A DNA stretch of 64,000 bases from a bacterium. Lineage in GTDB: Bacteria; SAR324; NAC60-12. Below the pieces are notes generated by a model that worked only from the letters and a program-made list of their open reading frames with translations, made no database searches and was not told where the DNA came from. The translations under genes were made by a program, and so were the position numbers. The stretch spans positions 72,080 through 136,079 of the forward strand of contig CBDDTI010000729.1 of assembly GCA_965233585.1 (NCBI GenBank), read 5' to 3'. This document shows, in pieces, positions 53,642 through 64,000 of this stretch; position 1 is the first letter of the stretch; the number at the start of each line of letters is the position of its first letter.

Positions 53642-55069
53642 ATGTCCCTTGTGATTTACAACTCTTTAGCAAGACAGGAAGAAAAATTTCAACCCATCGT
53701 CCCCCAACGTGTCTCAGCTTATGTCTGCGGACCAACAGTTTATGGATTGCCTCATCTTGGTCATGCCAAAACCTACGTCTCATTTGATGTCATCTTCCGT
53801 TATCTTCGGCATCAAGGATTCCAAACCTTTCATGTAGAAAACATCACGGATATTGGACACTTGCTAGATTCTGGAGAAGACCGCATCATCAAAAAATCCA
53901 AAGAATTAGGGCAACACCCAATGGTTGTTGCAGAATACTACATCCGTCAGTTTGAAGACGCCATGTCTCAGCTCAACGTCATTCCCCCTGACCTCATGCC
54001 AAGAGCTTCGGGACACATTCCAGAACAATTAGACATCATTCAACGTTTGGTTGACTCTCGTCATGCTTACGAAGTGAACGGGTCGGTGTATTTTGATGTG
54101 TCTTCGTTGTCAGAATATTGCAAGCTGTCAGGTCGGTCTTTGGAAAACAATCGTTCAGGGACTCGTGTTGAAAACCGTTCTGAAAAACGCAATCTCAATG
54201 ACTTTGCCCTCTGGAAAAAAGCAGATGCTGAAACACAAATTTTTTGGAAAGACCCTTGGAGTGGTGCAGGTTTCCCCGGTTGGCACACAGAATGTGTCGC
54301 TATGTCTCTCAAATATCTAGGAGAACAGTTTGACATTCACGGAGGAGGCATGGATTTAAAATTCCCACACCATGACTGCGAAATCGCCCAAAATGACGCA
54401 CTACAACTACCCTTTGCAAAATACTGGATTCATACCAATTTGCTGAATATTGGAGAACAAAAGATGAGCAAATCTCTCAACAACTTTGTCAACTTAAACG
54501 AGGCATTAGAACAACATTCGCCTGAAGTTTTACGTTACTTCATCGTCTCTGCTCATTATCGTTCTGTCTTGGAGTACAATCCCAATGCTCTTGAGTCTGC
54601 AAAAAATTCACAGCAAAAGCTCAATCAGTCTTTGCAAAAACTACGGACGTTCAAACAGACTGAAGGCAAAAGGCAGTTCTTCCAAAACTATCAACTCCAA
54701 TTTTGCAACGCCATGAATCAAGATTTTGCAACACCCCAAGCCTTAGCTGTTCTCTTTGAACTCAACAAAGAAATCAACAAACTTTTTGAAACACCGACTC
54801 CCAACCCTGAAGCCATTGCAGATGCTGAAACCTTGTTGACAGAACTTGGGGGTGATATTTTGGGAATTTTCCCAACGCATCAATCCCAGACAAGCCCCAA
54901 AGAACATCAGCTTTTGCAGACCACAATGCAAATGCTCATCTCTTTGAGAAACGAGGCAAGAGACCATCAAAATTACGCCTTGTCAGACAAAATTAGAGAC
55001 GAACTGGCTGAAGCAGGTGTGACTTTGGAAGACACAAAAAACTTTGGAACAAAGTGGTCATGGAAGTAG
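53642..55069 (+). CDS. cysS: Cysteine--tRNA ligase
   Basis: CGPTVY, HLGH, PGWHTEC, FPHH, KMSKS. Confidence 0.97.
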   Translation: MSLVIYNSLARQEEKFQPIVPQRVSAYVCGPTVYGLPHLGHAKTYVSFDVIFRYLRHQGFQTFHVENITDIGHLLDSGEDRIIKKSKELGQHPMVVAEYYIRQFEDAMSQLNVIPPDLMPRASGHIPEQLDIIQRLVDSRHAYEVNGSVYFDVSSLSEYCKLSGRSLENNRSGTRVENRSEKRNLNDFALWKKADAETQIFWKDPWSGAGFPGWHTECVAMSLKYLGEQFDIHGGGMDLKFPHHDCEIAQNDALQLPFAKYWIHTNLLNIGEQKMSKSLNNFVNLNEALEQHSPEVLRYFIVSAHYRSVLEYNPNALESAKNSQQKLNQSLQKLRTFKQTEGKRQFFQNYQLQFCNAMNQDFATPQALAVLFELNKEINKLFETPTPNPEAIADAETLLTELGGDILGIFPTHQSQTSPKEHQLLQTTMQMLISLRNEARDHQNYALSDKIRDELAEAGVTLEDTKNFGTKWSWK

Positions 55070-56880
55070 CCCCATCAAAATTAAGACGATATTTGGGAGT
55101 GTTTTGGAGTGCCTTGTGCTTCCTTAACCCCTTTTACAAAGGCAGTCCTCAGGACATTAAGATGCGGTTTCGCAGCCTCTTGTTCAGGTACAAAGGGCTG
55201 GTGTTCACTAGCTTACTCTGCATGGTTGGTTACAATTTGTTCAATGCTGTCCCTGCCTTTTATATCAAAGACATTGTTGATGCTCTTTCATCAAAGCCTG
55301 AACTAGACAATTTTTTTATCGTTGGCATAGGCGTCATGTTGGTTTTTGGCTTAAAAGGGTTTTTTGCCTTTGGGCAGACTTTTACGATGGGACTAGCTGT
55401 TCAAAAACTGGTCAAAGACCTAAGAGACAAACTTTTTGTGCATCTGCAAAAACTCTCTCCTTCTTTCTTCTCCCGCTTCCAAACAGGTGACATTGTAGCA
55501 CGTTTCACCAATGACACCTCATCACTACAAGACTCTTTGAACGTCAGCATTACAGGACCAATCCGAGACATTCCTGCCATTGGGCTATTCTTTGTCATTA
55601 TGATTTACAGAAGTTGGGAGTTGTTCCTTGTAACCTTGTTTGTCTTACCTCCTGCAGCAATTTTGATTCAACTATTTGGCAAAAAAAATGGCGAGGCAGT
55701 GGACAACAGACAACGTGAAATTGGGAAACTAGGCTCATTCCTCACTGAAAATGTCACAGGCATTCGGGTTGTGCAAGCCTTTGGAATGGAACAACACGAA
55801 GTCCAATCGTTTCAACAACACAACAAACGTCTGTTTTCAAGCTACATGAGAACCATTGGCATTGAATCTCTTTCTTCTCCTTTTATTGAGATTGTCGGTG
55901 CGGCAGTGGGTGCTATCGTTCTGGCTTATGGCGGATATTTGATTCATCAAAATCAGCTGACTGTTGGAGACCTTGCATCATTTGTCACCAGTTTTCTCAT
56001 GATTAATGCACCACTCAAAAAAATCAACAAACTGGTTCTCAAAATTCAAGAAGGCATGGCGTCCCTCAGGCGAATCTATACCATCTTAGACCAACAGCCA
56101 GAAATTGCTGACGCAAAAGATGCAATAGCCCTCAAATCCTTCCAAAAAGATATCCAAATCCATGTGAATCAGTTTTCATACTGGCAAGCAGAACAACCAA
56201 CGTTGAAAGACATTCACCTGACCATCAACAAAGGGGAAATCTTAGCATTGGTTGGGGCAAGTGGAGCGGGGAAGTCCACCTTGACCAATCTCATTCCAAG
56301 ATTTTTTGAGGTCTCAGATGGGCAAATTTTAATTGACGACCTCAATTTAAAACAAATCAAGATTGAATCACTACGGCATTGCATCGCTTTGGTGACGCAA
56401 GAGACCATTTTATTTAACGACTCCATCGCCAATAACATCTGCTACGGCAAGCCAGATTGCACAGAACAAGACATGAAAGATGCCGCACGTGCCGCCAATG
56501 CTGATGACTTCATTCAACAACTCCCTAATGGATACCACACCGTCATCGGTGAACGAGGCATGATGCTGTCAGGTGGTCAAAGGCAAAGAATTTCTATCGC
56601 ACGTGCTGTCCTAAAAGACGCCCCCATCTTAATCCTTGATGAAGCGACCTCTGCTTTAGATTCTGAATCAGAAATCGCAGTGCAAGATGCTTTGGGGCAT
56701 TTGATGAAAAACCGCACCACCATTGTCATTGCTCATCGGCTTTCTACTATCCAACACGCTCACCGTATTTGCGTCTTGGAAAAAGGTCAAATGGTAGAGC
56801 TTGGTTCACACAAAGAATTGATCCAAAACAAAGGACGTTATCATCAACTCTACGGATTGCAATACGGTTTGATTTCTTAA
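55054..56880 (+). CDS. MsbA-like ABC exporter (TMD plus NBD)
   Basis: GASGAGKS, LSGGQRQR, DEATSALD, multiple TMs. Confidence 0.92.
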   Translation: MVMEVAPSKLRRYLGVFWSALCFLNPFYKGSPQDIKMRFRSLLFRYKGLVFTSLLCMVGYNLFNAVPAFYIKDIVDALSSKPELDNFFIVGIGVMLVFGLKGFFAFGQTFTMGLAVQKLVKDLRDKLFVHLQKLSPSFFSRFQTGDIVARFTNDTSSLQDSLNVSITGPIRDIPAIGLFFVIMIYRSWELFLVTLFVLPPAAILIQLFGKKNGEAVDNRQREIGKLGSFLTENVTGIRVVQAFGMEQHEVQSFQQHNKRLFSSYMRTIGIESLSSPFIEIVGAAVGAIVLAYGGYLIHQNQLTVGDLASFVTSFLMINAPLKKINKLVLKIQEGMASLRRIYTILDQQPEIADAKDAIALKSFQKDIQIHVNQFSYWQAEQPTLKDIHLTINKGEILALVGASGAGKSTLTNLIPRFFEVSDGQILIDDLNLKQIKIESLRHCIALVTQETILFNDSIANNICYGKPDCTEQDMKDAARAANADDFIQQLPNGYHTVIGERGMMLSGGQRQRISIARAVLKDAPILILDEATSALDSESEIAVQDALGHLMKNRTTIVIAHRLSTIQHAHRICVLEKGQMVELGSHKELIQNKGRYHQLYGLQYGLIS

Positions 56881-56943
56881 ACTTCTTAGGTTTTCAAGTC
56901 TCTTTTTGCGTCAAGTCAAGGCATACCTGCAAAAGAGCATCAT

Positions 56944-56972
56944 TTGACATGGTGAGTCAAACGTTGTAGAAT
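56944..56972 (+). promoter_or_regulatory. Sigma70 promoter upstream of hisS
   Basis: TTGACA-17 nt-TAGAAT. Confidence 0.6.
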
Positions 56973-57032
56973 ATCGCCTTTTTATTCAGTCTATTCAGTC
57001 AATAATTCTTTTCTGACGCCCCCTTCCAGCAC

Positions 57033-58313
57033 ATGAACGTTCCCCAATCCGTACGTGGCACACGTGATTTTTACCCTGACGAACTTCGTTTGAGAAATCA
57101 TATTTTTTCAGCATGGCGTCAAACTTCATTGCTGTTTGGCTTTGAAGAATATGACGCCTGCCTTCTGGAACATGCAGACCTTTATGCTCATAAAGCAGGG
57201 GAAGAGATTGCAGACCAGCTTTATCAATTCCAAGACAAAAGCAATCGGCATCTGGCATTGAGACCTGAAATGACCCCCACGCTGGCAAGGCTTGTGTTGT
57301 CCAAACAAAAAACGTTGACCTTTCCCCTCCGCTGGTTTTCTATACCTCAATGTTTCCGATACGAACGCATGACCAAAGGCAGAAGGCGTGAACATTATCA
57401 GTGGAATCTTGACATCTGGGGGGTGTCAGGCATAGAGGCAGAAGTAGAGATTGTCTCTGCCGCTTTGTTTGCATGTGAGACGTTAGGGCTGACTCATCAG
57501 CAAATTAGCATCTTTTACAACCATAGAAAATTGCTTGATGCCATTTTGCAAAGCTGTGACATTCAACAAAAGACACGCGATGCCGTGATGATTGTCTTGG
57601 ATAAAATTGACAAAATCCCCAAAGAGACTTTGTGCCAAGAGTTGTCTCAACTCGGTTGCCAGACTCAACAAATTGACAAATTATTGCATTTGTTGGGTTT
57701 GCAGACGTTTGACGAACTTTTGCAACATGTGCCAAATGACTCCATTGCAGAACTTCAAGCATTCCAAAAACAGATGGCATTGCTCAACTTTGAAAAATAC
57801 TTAAAATTTGACCTCTCCATTGTGCGGGGACTTGCCTACTACACAGGTTTAGTTTTTGAGATGAAATATTCAGACAAGTCAGGTCGTGCCATTTGTGGAG
57901 GTGGACGCTATGACACCTTGCTTGAAAAATATGGGGGGCAGGCAACCCCCGCTGTTGGCTTTGGCTTTGGCGATGTCGTCATTGCTGATGTCTTGCAAGA
58001 ACATCAGCTGATTCCAGATTTGAAAATAGAACTTGATTATCTCATCTTACCTTTCTCACCAAATGAAAGGTCTGTCGCTTCTCAAATCGCCATGAAATTA
58101 AGACGCAAGGGATTCAAAGTGAAATGCACAGATGCCAGCGATAAGATCAAAAAAGGACTTAAAACAGCCAACGAACAAGGGATTCCCCAAGCCATTTTAC
58201 TCTTTCCTGATGAACTAGAAGCGGGGAATCTTGTCTTACGCAACATGCAAACGGGCGAACAAAAAAATTATCCTCTTGCTGACCTGTCAACATTACCTCA
58301 TTTGAAAACATGA
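57033..58313 (+). CDS. hisS: Histidine--tRNA ligase
   Basis: RGTRDF, LRPEMT, FRYER, RGLAYYTG, GGGRYD. Confidence 0.97.
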   Translation: MNVPQSVRGTRDFYPDELRLRNHIFSAWRQTSLLFGFEEYDACLLEHADLYAHKAGEEIADQLYQFQDKSNRHLALRPEMTPTLARLVLSKQKTLTFPLRWFSIPQCFRYERMTKGRRREHYQWNLDIWGVSGIEAEVEIVSAALFACETLGLTHQQISIFYNHRKLLDAILQSCDIQQKTRDAVMIVLDKIDKIPKETLCQELSQLGCQTQQIDKLLHLLGLQTFDELLQHVPNDSIAELQAFQKQMALLNFEKYLKFDLSIVRGLAYYTGLVFEMKYSDKSGRAICGGGRYDTLLEKYGGQATPAVGFGFGDVVIADVLQEHQLIPDLKIELDYLILPFSPNERSVASQIAMKLRRKGFKVKCTDASDKIKKGLKTANEQGIPQAILLFPDELEAGNLVLRNMQTGEQKNYPLADLSTLPHLKT

Positions 58314-58804
58314 AATATTACTTTGCTTTAATTGGATTTTTAATTGCACTTGACCAAGCGACCAAAATTTGGGCAATGTCTGCATTGAACTTTTATGAAA
58401 CCAGACCATTCATTCCCAACTTGATTGACCTGACCTTGTTAGAAAACAAAGGCATCAGCTTTAGCTTCTTGTCAGACCTCCCCGATTGGTTTCGCCTGCC
58501 TTTGCTGATAGGTGTCTCACTCATTGCATCAATCTGGCTCGTCTATCATTTTGTGAAAGAATATGAGACCAGCAATTTATTTTTTAGATACAGTTTTTCA
58601 ATGATTATTTCAGGTGCTGTGAGTAACTTAGTGGATAGGTCTTTTGATGGTGCAGTGACCGACTTTTTACACTTCCGTTGGTATGACACCAGTTTTTTTG
58701 TCAATAATCTTGCTGACATCTTTATCAGTATCGGCGTTGTCTTGTTCCTACTTTCTCAATCCAAAAAAGACCAAACCAACGAAAAAACCGATTCTGCTGC
58801 TTGA
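58310..58804 (+). CDS. lspA: Lipoprotein signal peptidase II
   Basis: DQATK, NKGISF, GAVSNLVDR, VTDF, NLAD. Confidence 0.93.
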   Translation: MKYYFALIGFLIALDQATKIWAMSALNFYETRPFIPNLIDLTLLENKGISFSFLSDLPDWFRLPLLIGVSLIASIWLVYHFVKEYETSNLFFRYSFSMIISGAVSNLVDRSFDGAVTDFLHFRWYDTSFFVNNLADIFISIGVVLFLLSQSKKDQTNEKTDSAA

Positions 58805-58828
58805 CAAATCAATAGCAAGCTGTATAAT
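58801..58828 (+). promoter_or_regulatory. Consensus sigma70 promoter for the znu operon
   Basis: TTGACA-16 nt-TATAAT. Confidence 0.65.
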
Positions 58829-58875
58829 ACTGACCCTTTTGCCGTTTCTATAAACTTTTTTAACTTTGGTGTCCT

Positions 58876-59760
58876 ATGAAAACAATCAAACTGATTTTCC
58901 TGTCCTTCCTGTCCTGCTCGTTTTTTTATCACTTTGCTTTTGCTTCTGACCTCAAAGTGGGGGTCAGCATTCCTCCGCTGGCAGAAATTGTTGAACAACT
59001 TTCAAATCAAACAATCCAACCTATCGTTTTATTTGGTGATTCTGTCAATCCGCATCTTTACGAACCTAAACCAAGTCAAGTCAAAGCATTCGCAAAAATT
59101 TCAGCTTACTTTTCACTAGGACTTGAAACAGAAGCGCAGTGGCTTGAAAACTTACAACATGCCCAAATCATTCATCTCAACCAAACTCTACCTTTGTTGG
59201 AAGGACACGGACACGAAGAGGAAGAAGACGATGACCACCATGATGAAGCTCACGAGGAAGAAGCCACTGAAGGTAACCCGCACACTTGGATGTCTCCTAC
59301 TTTGATGAAAATCCATGTTTTAAAAATCTACCAAGTCTTGGCTCAACTTGACCCAAAAAATCAAGAAACATACTTTAACAATCATCAAAAACTCCAACAG
59401 CAGATTGATGCACTTGACTTGAAGATTCAACAAAAACTATCAGTCTTGCAACGACCTGCCTCTTTTTTGACAGTCCACCCTTCGCTAGGCTATTTTGCAC
59501 TGACGTACAACCTTCAAGAGCTTGCCATTGAAGATGAAGGCAAAGCACCTTCTTTGCAACATCTGGTCGCCTTACAAAAACAAGCCAAGACTTTAGGAAT
59601 CGGTGTGATTCTTTCACAACCTCAAATCCCTCTCAAAGAAGCCTCATCGCTGGCAGATTCTCTGAATCTTCCCATTGAAACGTTCAATCCTCTTGCAAAG
59701 AATTGGCAAGACCAATTACTCAACGTGGCTGACCTGATAGTTCGCTATCAAGCCAAATGA
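58876..59760 (+). CDS. znuA: Zinc ABC transporter substrate-binding protein
   Basis: NPHLYEP, His/Glu/Asp-rich loop, NPHTWMSP, HPSLGYF. Confidence 0.9.
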   Translation: MKTIKLIFLSFLSCSFFYHFAFASDLKVGVSIPPLAEIVEQLSNQTIQPIVLFGDSVNPHLYEPKPSQVKAFAKISAYFSLGLETEAQWLENLQHAQIIHLNQTLPLLEGHGHEEEEDDDHHDEAHEEEATEGNPHTWMSPTLMKIHVLKIYQVLAQLDPKNQETYFNNHQKLQQQIDALDLKIQQKLSVLQRPASFLTVHPSLGYFALTYNLQELAIEDEGKAPSLQHLVALQKQAKTLGIGVILSQPQIPLKEASSLADSLNLPIETFNPLAKNWQDQLLNVADLIVRYQAK

Positions 59761-60404
59761 CACTGCCCCTACTGGAGTTTCAAAACTTGTCGGTAGGCTA
59801 TGACTTGGCAACACCTATTTTGTCAGGTCTCAACTTTTCTATGGGGCGTGGGGAAAAAACCCTGCTTGTTGGACCAAATGGCAGTGGAAAAAGCACACTC
59901 ATTCAGGTCACAGCGGGGCTTTTAGCCGCACAATCAGGTCAAGTATTTATCAATCAAAAACCTGTCTCTCACCATCAAGCCAAGCAGAACATGGGATTCC
60001 TACCCCAAAATGTTGACCTGAATTTAAACTTTCCAATTACGGTGCTTGACGTTGTGTTGATGGGAAGTGTGGGGTGTTGCAAGAGGCACAGAAATCGGGC
60101 ATTAGAGTTGTTAGAGTTGTTCAAGGTTTCTGCCAAATGTCACTGTCGTATTTGCGAGCTTTCAGGGGGTGAAAGAAGGCGAGTTTTTCTGGCAAGGGCA
60201 TTGTATGCCAAACCTCAACTTTTGCTACTTGATGAACCCTGTGCGGGGCTTGATGCCTCCTCTAAAGCACAACTAGTCCAACTCTTAAAAAATTTGAAGG
60301 AAGGAGTGCTGATGACCACCCACGCAGTCAATGATTTTCAAAACATTGCCACTCATATTCTGGAAATGAAGCATTATCACCCCAAAGAACAATGCTGCTG
60401 CTAG
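59757..60404 (+). CDS. znuC: Zinc ABC transporter ATPase
   Basis: GPNGSGKS, FPITV, LSGGE, LDEP. Confidence 0.88.
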   Translation: MTLPLLEFQNLSVGYDLATPILSGLNFSMGRGEKTLLVGPNGSGKSTLIQVTAGLLAAQSGQVFINQKPVSHHQAKQNMGFLPQNVDLNLNFPITVLDVVLMGSVGCCKRHRNRALELLELFKVSAKCHCRICELSGGERRRVFLARALYAKPQLLLLDEPCAGLDASSKAQLVQLLKNLKEGVLMTTHAVNDFQNIATHILEMKHYHPKEQCCC

Positions 60405-61228
60405 ACACCATTTTAGAGTTGTGGTCGTTGTCCTTCGTCCGCCATGCTCTGATTGGTAGTGGATTAGTCGCTTTGCTGTGCGGTTTGATAGGGAGTTTTA
60501 TTGTCGTCAGGGGGGAATCCTTTATCGCAGGGGGCATCGCACATGCGTCTTATGCAGGAATTGGAATTGCTATTTTCTTTCAGGTTTCTCCCTTGCTTTC
60601 AGTCCTGTTTACTGCGTTGGTGTCTGGTCTCATCTTTGGAATACTGGCAGGTCAAAAAAAAATCTCTCTTGATGCCTCAACCAATCTTTTATGGTCTGGG
60701 GGAATGGCTCTTGGCATTCTATTGAGTGATTTAACCCCAGGCTATCAAACCGAATTGATTGGTTATCTATTTGGCAGTTTATTTAGCATTTCTTTGCAAG
60801 AATTATGGTTGATTGCATTGATGACTTCGCTTGTTTTGGTCAGTGTTTTGTGCTTTTATCATCAATTCGTTGCAGTGTCTTACGACGAACAGTTCGTCAA
60901 ATCCAAAGGGTTGCCTGTTGACCTGATTCGTTTGTTCTTTTTCGTTTTACTCTCCGTTGCCATTTCTGTTGCCATTCGCGGAGTGGGTTTGATTCTTTCA
61001 CTGGCACTGCTTTCTATTGCCCCCATGATGGCAGGTAAGCATGTCCATTCTGTCAAAACAATGATTCTGATTTCTTGTGGACTCAACCTACTTTTTATGC
61101 TCATAGGCATCACCGTCTCATTTTACTTCAATTTAACTTCAGGCTCTGCTGTCATTTTACCTGCTTTGACTCTCTATCTTATCAAAGAAGTCATTTGTCA
61201 ATGCTACTCCAAAGTCAAATCAAGCTAA
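60392..61228 (+). CDS. znuB: Zinc ABC transporter permease
   Basis: IAHASYAG, YLFGS, SYDEQF. Confidence 0.88.
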   Translation: MLLLDTILELWSLSFVRHALIGSGLVALLCGLIGSFIVVRGESFIAGGIAHASYAGIGIAIFFQVSPLLSVLFTALVSGLIFGILAGQKKISLDASTNLLWSGGMALGILLSDLTPGYQTELIGYLFGSLFSISLQELWLIALMTSLVLVSVLCFYHQFVAVSYDEQFVKSKGLPVDLIRLFFFVLLSVAISVAIRGVGLILSLALLSIAPMMAGKHVHSVKTMILISCGLNLLFMLIGITVSFYFNLTSGSAVILPALTLYLIKEVICQCYSKVKSS

Positions 61229-61383
61229 AATGAAGCCATGCAAATTCTTCTCTCTACAAATTAAAAACCATCATCTTAAAAATTCCCTTGCATGTATTTT
61301 TTGTTTCATGTATCATTTTCTTTGTTTTCATTGAGTCATAAATTGTCTTTTTTCGTGTTTAAATTAAGTTTCAGGAGATTTTG

Positions 61384-64000
61384 ATGAGTTTCTTTAAAAA
61401 ATGCAGAAGTGGTTTTCAGTTGGTTGGTAGTGTGTTGTTAAGTGTGATGGTGCTGTCTTCTTGTAATTCAGAAGGAGGCAAAGAAAGTGTTCAGTTGTCC
61501 ATTGGGGCAGACTCAAGTGCGTCTTCTTCCAAGTGGGACAAGGCAACGATTCGGTCAAACTATGCACTGCTTTTTAAGGCAGAAGACTACCAAGCAGGGC
61601 TTCCCCTTAAAGAAGAATTTGAAAAAGCAAGGAGTGTCCTCAGACTTGATGATGATTACTTCACCAAATTAGACTTTGAAGACACCAGCGGGGACTGGAT
61701 TGTTCAAGTCAGAGGTTATGAAGAAGAAGACGTCACTGCTGCAGAATCCGTGCGTTATGGTGTGCATCAAACTGGGATTTCTGGGAGTTTTCAGTTTAGA
61801 GAATCAGGCGTGACAGAAGTCAAGGTCAAAATCAGACCAGCAGGCAAGCATTTTCCCATCACAGGACAGCTTGTTCATCAAAGAAGCACAGGGTCAAGTT
61901 GTGCGTTTCAGCTGTCTTTGTCAGGCGAACAGACTGCAAACATCGGCAGCAGAGGTTACGTGGCAGACCTTCAAATCTATGACGGGGAAGGCAAAATGCT
62001 TGGAGAAATGAGTCAGTCTGCCATGCAGTTTGACCTCATGGACTATGCTAACAAAGTCAAGAAGCTGAGAGTGAGTTTGAAGGTGAAAACGGCAAACCCA
62101 GAGACAAGCGAACAACTGCCGACAAAGGAGTTTCAAGTCAACTGCGACCCGTTCTTGATTGCAGAACTCCAAACACTTCAAGACAGCAACAACAAGACTT
62201 TTGCCCTCAGTCCACTGCTTTTGAAAACTCAAACGCCACTGGTTGCCACTCAAACCCCGTATGATGCCAGCCATGCGTGTTCCAACCAAAAAGGAATGTT
62301 GCTTGTCTCCAAAGACAACTTCAACACTTGTGAACCTGTTGACTTGACGCCAACGCAAGATGGTCAATACCTTGTCATTCCCAAGCAGTCATGGAACAGC
62401 AACCCCGTTAAATACTCGTTGGGCGTCAGAGAAAAAGACAGCCAAGCACCTACCAACTTTGGACTAGACTGGAAAACTCCCCTCTCTTTTCAAGCGGGGA
62501 CAAAAGCATTTGCTGATTCATCAGGCGAAGGATTGGCACTTGACATTGCAGGACTCAAAGCAGGCAGTAAGCTCATTTTGAACTCATCAGGGCAATATGT
62601 TTACACCCCAGCCACTGCTAACCAATGCGATGCTGTCAAGTATCAGAACAAACACGATGAGTCTTTTGTCGCTTCAGGCAATGAGTGTCAGGTTTCTGCG
62701 GCTTTGAGCGGACTGGTGGAAGACATCACCTTTGTTGGAAATTCCAAAACTTTGCAAATCTCATGGAGGCAAAAGTCAGGCATGAGTTACAACATTTATC
62801 GCAAATTGTCTTCAAGTGGTTCGTTTGCAACACTTGCAACCAATGCCAACGCTCCTTACAAAGACACTTCTGTTGATGCCAATGCAACCTACAACTATCG
62901 TTTACAGTTCTGCCAAGGCTCTGCTTGTTCTGCTCAAACTGACTCGCTCACTGCCAGTGTCAAACGTTTCGTTCGGAATCTCCAAGCGACTCAAAGCTCT
63001 AGCAACACTGCTGACCTGTCATGGCTTTTGCCTACTGGCGTCTCAGACATCAAACATTACAAAATCTATCGTCAAAAACCAGATGGAAGTTGGGAGTTAG
63101 TTCACACCACTGCTGATGCCTCAACAACCAGCTGGACAGATTCAGGATTGACTCTAGGCAAAAATTATCAATACCGCATCTCTGCTGTCTCTGAGACAGG
63201 AGAAACTTATCTCACAACGACCTCTTTAACCCTGCAAACCAAACCTTCTACTGCACCAACAGGATTAGCAGTGGTTCAAGTGGCAGAGTCAGAGACGCAA
63301 GTTAAGCTGACTTGGAATGCCGTCACAGGAGCGAACAGTTACAGAGTCTATCGCAGCGACACTTCAGGCAGTGGGTTCTTGCCAGTTCACATAACAGGTA
63401 ACGGCTTAACTACTTTTTACACTGACACAGGACTCACCAAAGGCACAACTTACTACTACAAAATCTCTACTATCAATGTTGCTGGAGAATCTGCCAAATC
63501 AGTTGAGAAAAGCGTCACCTTGCAAACCAAACCTTCTACTGCCCCCGCAGGTTTAGCCGTGGCTCAAGTGGCAGATTCACAAACTAAAGTCCAGCTGATT
63601 TGGTCTGCTCACGCAGAAGCCACCAGTTACAAAGTCTATCGCAGCACCACTTCAGGCGGTACCTATTCGCTGAAACACACTGGCGCAACCACTTCTTACA
63701 CTGACACAGGACTCACCAAAGGAGGCACTTACTACTACAAAATCTCTGCAATCAACATCGGGGGTGAATCTGACAAATCCAGTGCGAAAAACGTCACCTT
63801 GCAAACTTCAGCCACCCCCGCAGATTTAGCAGTGGCTCAAGTGGCAGGTTCAGAAACACAAGCAAAGCTGACTTGGTCTGCTGTGACGGGAGCCACCAGT
63901 TACAAAGTCTATCGCAGCGACACTTCAGGCGGTACCTATTCACTGGCTCACACTGGCACAACCATTTCTTACACCGATACAGAACTCAACAAAGGAAGCA
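61384..64000 (+). CDS. Large surface lipoprotein with an Ig-like domain and fibronectin type III repeats, 3'-truncated by window (absent from the ORF track)
   Basis: RBS AGGAG, ATG 61384, lipobox LSSC; FN3 motifs LTW...YRVYRS...YTDTGL...YYYKISA.N..GES. Confidence 0.85.
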   Translation, partial: MSFFKKCRSGFQLVGSVLLSVMVLSSCNSEGGKESVQLSIGADSSASSSKWDKATIRSNYALLFKAEDYQAGLPLKEEFEKARSVLRLDDDYFTKLDFEDTSGDWIVQVRGYEEEDVTAAESVRYGVHQTGISGSFQFRESGVTEVKVKIRPAGKHFPITGQLVHQRSTGSSCAFQLSLSGEQTANIGSRGYVADLQIYDGEGKMLGEMSQSAMQFDLMDYANKVKKLRVSLKVKTANPETSEQLPTKEFQVNCDPFLIAELQTLQDSNNKTFALSPLLLKTQTPLVATQTPYDASHACSNQKGMLLVSKDNFNTCEPVDLTPTQDGQYLVIPKQSWNSNPVKYSLGVREKDSQAPTNFGLDWKTPLSFQAGTKAFADSSGEGLALDIAGLKAGSKLILNSSGQYVYTPATANQCDAVKYQNKHDESFVASGNECQVSAALSGLVEDITFVGNSKTLQISWRQKSGMSYNIYRKLSSSGSFATLATNANAPYKDTSVDANATYNYRLQFCQGSACSAQTDSLTASVKRFVRNLQATQSSSNTADLSWLLPTGVSDIKHYKIYRQKPDGSWELVHTTADASTTSWTDSGLTLGKNYQYRISAVSETGETYLTTTSLTLQTKPSTAPTGLAVVQVAESETQVKLTWNAVTGANSYRVYRSDTSGSGFLPVHITGNGLTTFYTDTGLTKGTTYYYKISTINVAGESAKSVEKSVTLQTKPSTAPAGLAVAQVADSQTKVQLIWSAHAEATSYKVYRSTTSGGTYSLKHTGATTSYTDTGLTKGGTYYYKISAINIGGESDKSSAKNVTLQTSATPADLAVAQVAGSETQAKLTWSAVTGATSYKVYRSDTSGGTYSLAHTGTTISYTDTELNKGS
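63229..64000 (+). repeat. Tandem DNA repeats (~280-290 bp) encoding FN3 domains
   Basis: ACC(C/T)TGCAAAC at ~63229, ~63517 and ~63796; repeated GCTCAAGTGGCAG, GTCTATCGCAGC, ACTGACACAGGACTCACCAAAGG. Confidence 0.85.

Noticed and set aside
61487..63100. Short ORFs listed in the track for this region
   Set aside because: They are shadows of the long + strand lipoprotein ORF starting at 61384.

Overview
AT-rich bacterial chromosomal window. The gene content resembles SAR324/deltaproteobacterial genomes and the organism may be host-associated; both points are inference. Most of the window is housekeeping and metabolism: gltBD, a large NAD-glutamate dehydrogenase, hydroxyproline catabolic enzymes, rlmE, zapA with 6S RNA, ligA, mgtE, aroF/G, purF, cysS, an msbA-like exporter, hisS, lspA, znuACB and two tRNAs. 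The most striking accessory locus lies right after ligA (29820-30510). Two 87-nt structured, tRNA-like RNA units with conserved scaffolds, covarying pairs and a variable 15-nt segment sit behind their own sigma70 promoters, antisense to and overlapping the stop codon of a small PBECR/RelE-like nuclease ORF. This is a candidate RNA-antitoxin or RNA-guided nuclease module. Other highlights: a tRNA-adjacent restriction-modification island whose third gene reconstructs to a HEPN (RxxxxH) RNase split by an intact IS1 with an 8-bp target duplication; a ~290-nt 6S RNA with a multibranched insertion; a degenerate glutamine-synthetase-like protein with a coiled-coil insert; an 8x zinc-ribbon repeat protein; REP/RPE-like palindrome clusters; and a large FN3-repeat lipoprotein running off the window end. 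All calls are by-eye motif recognition; no database searches were run.
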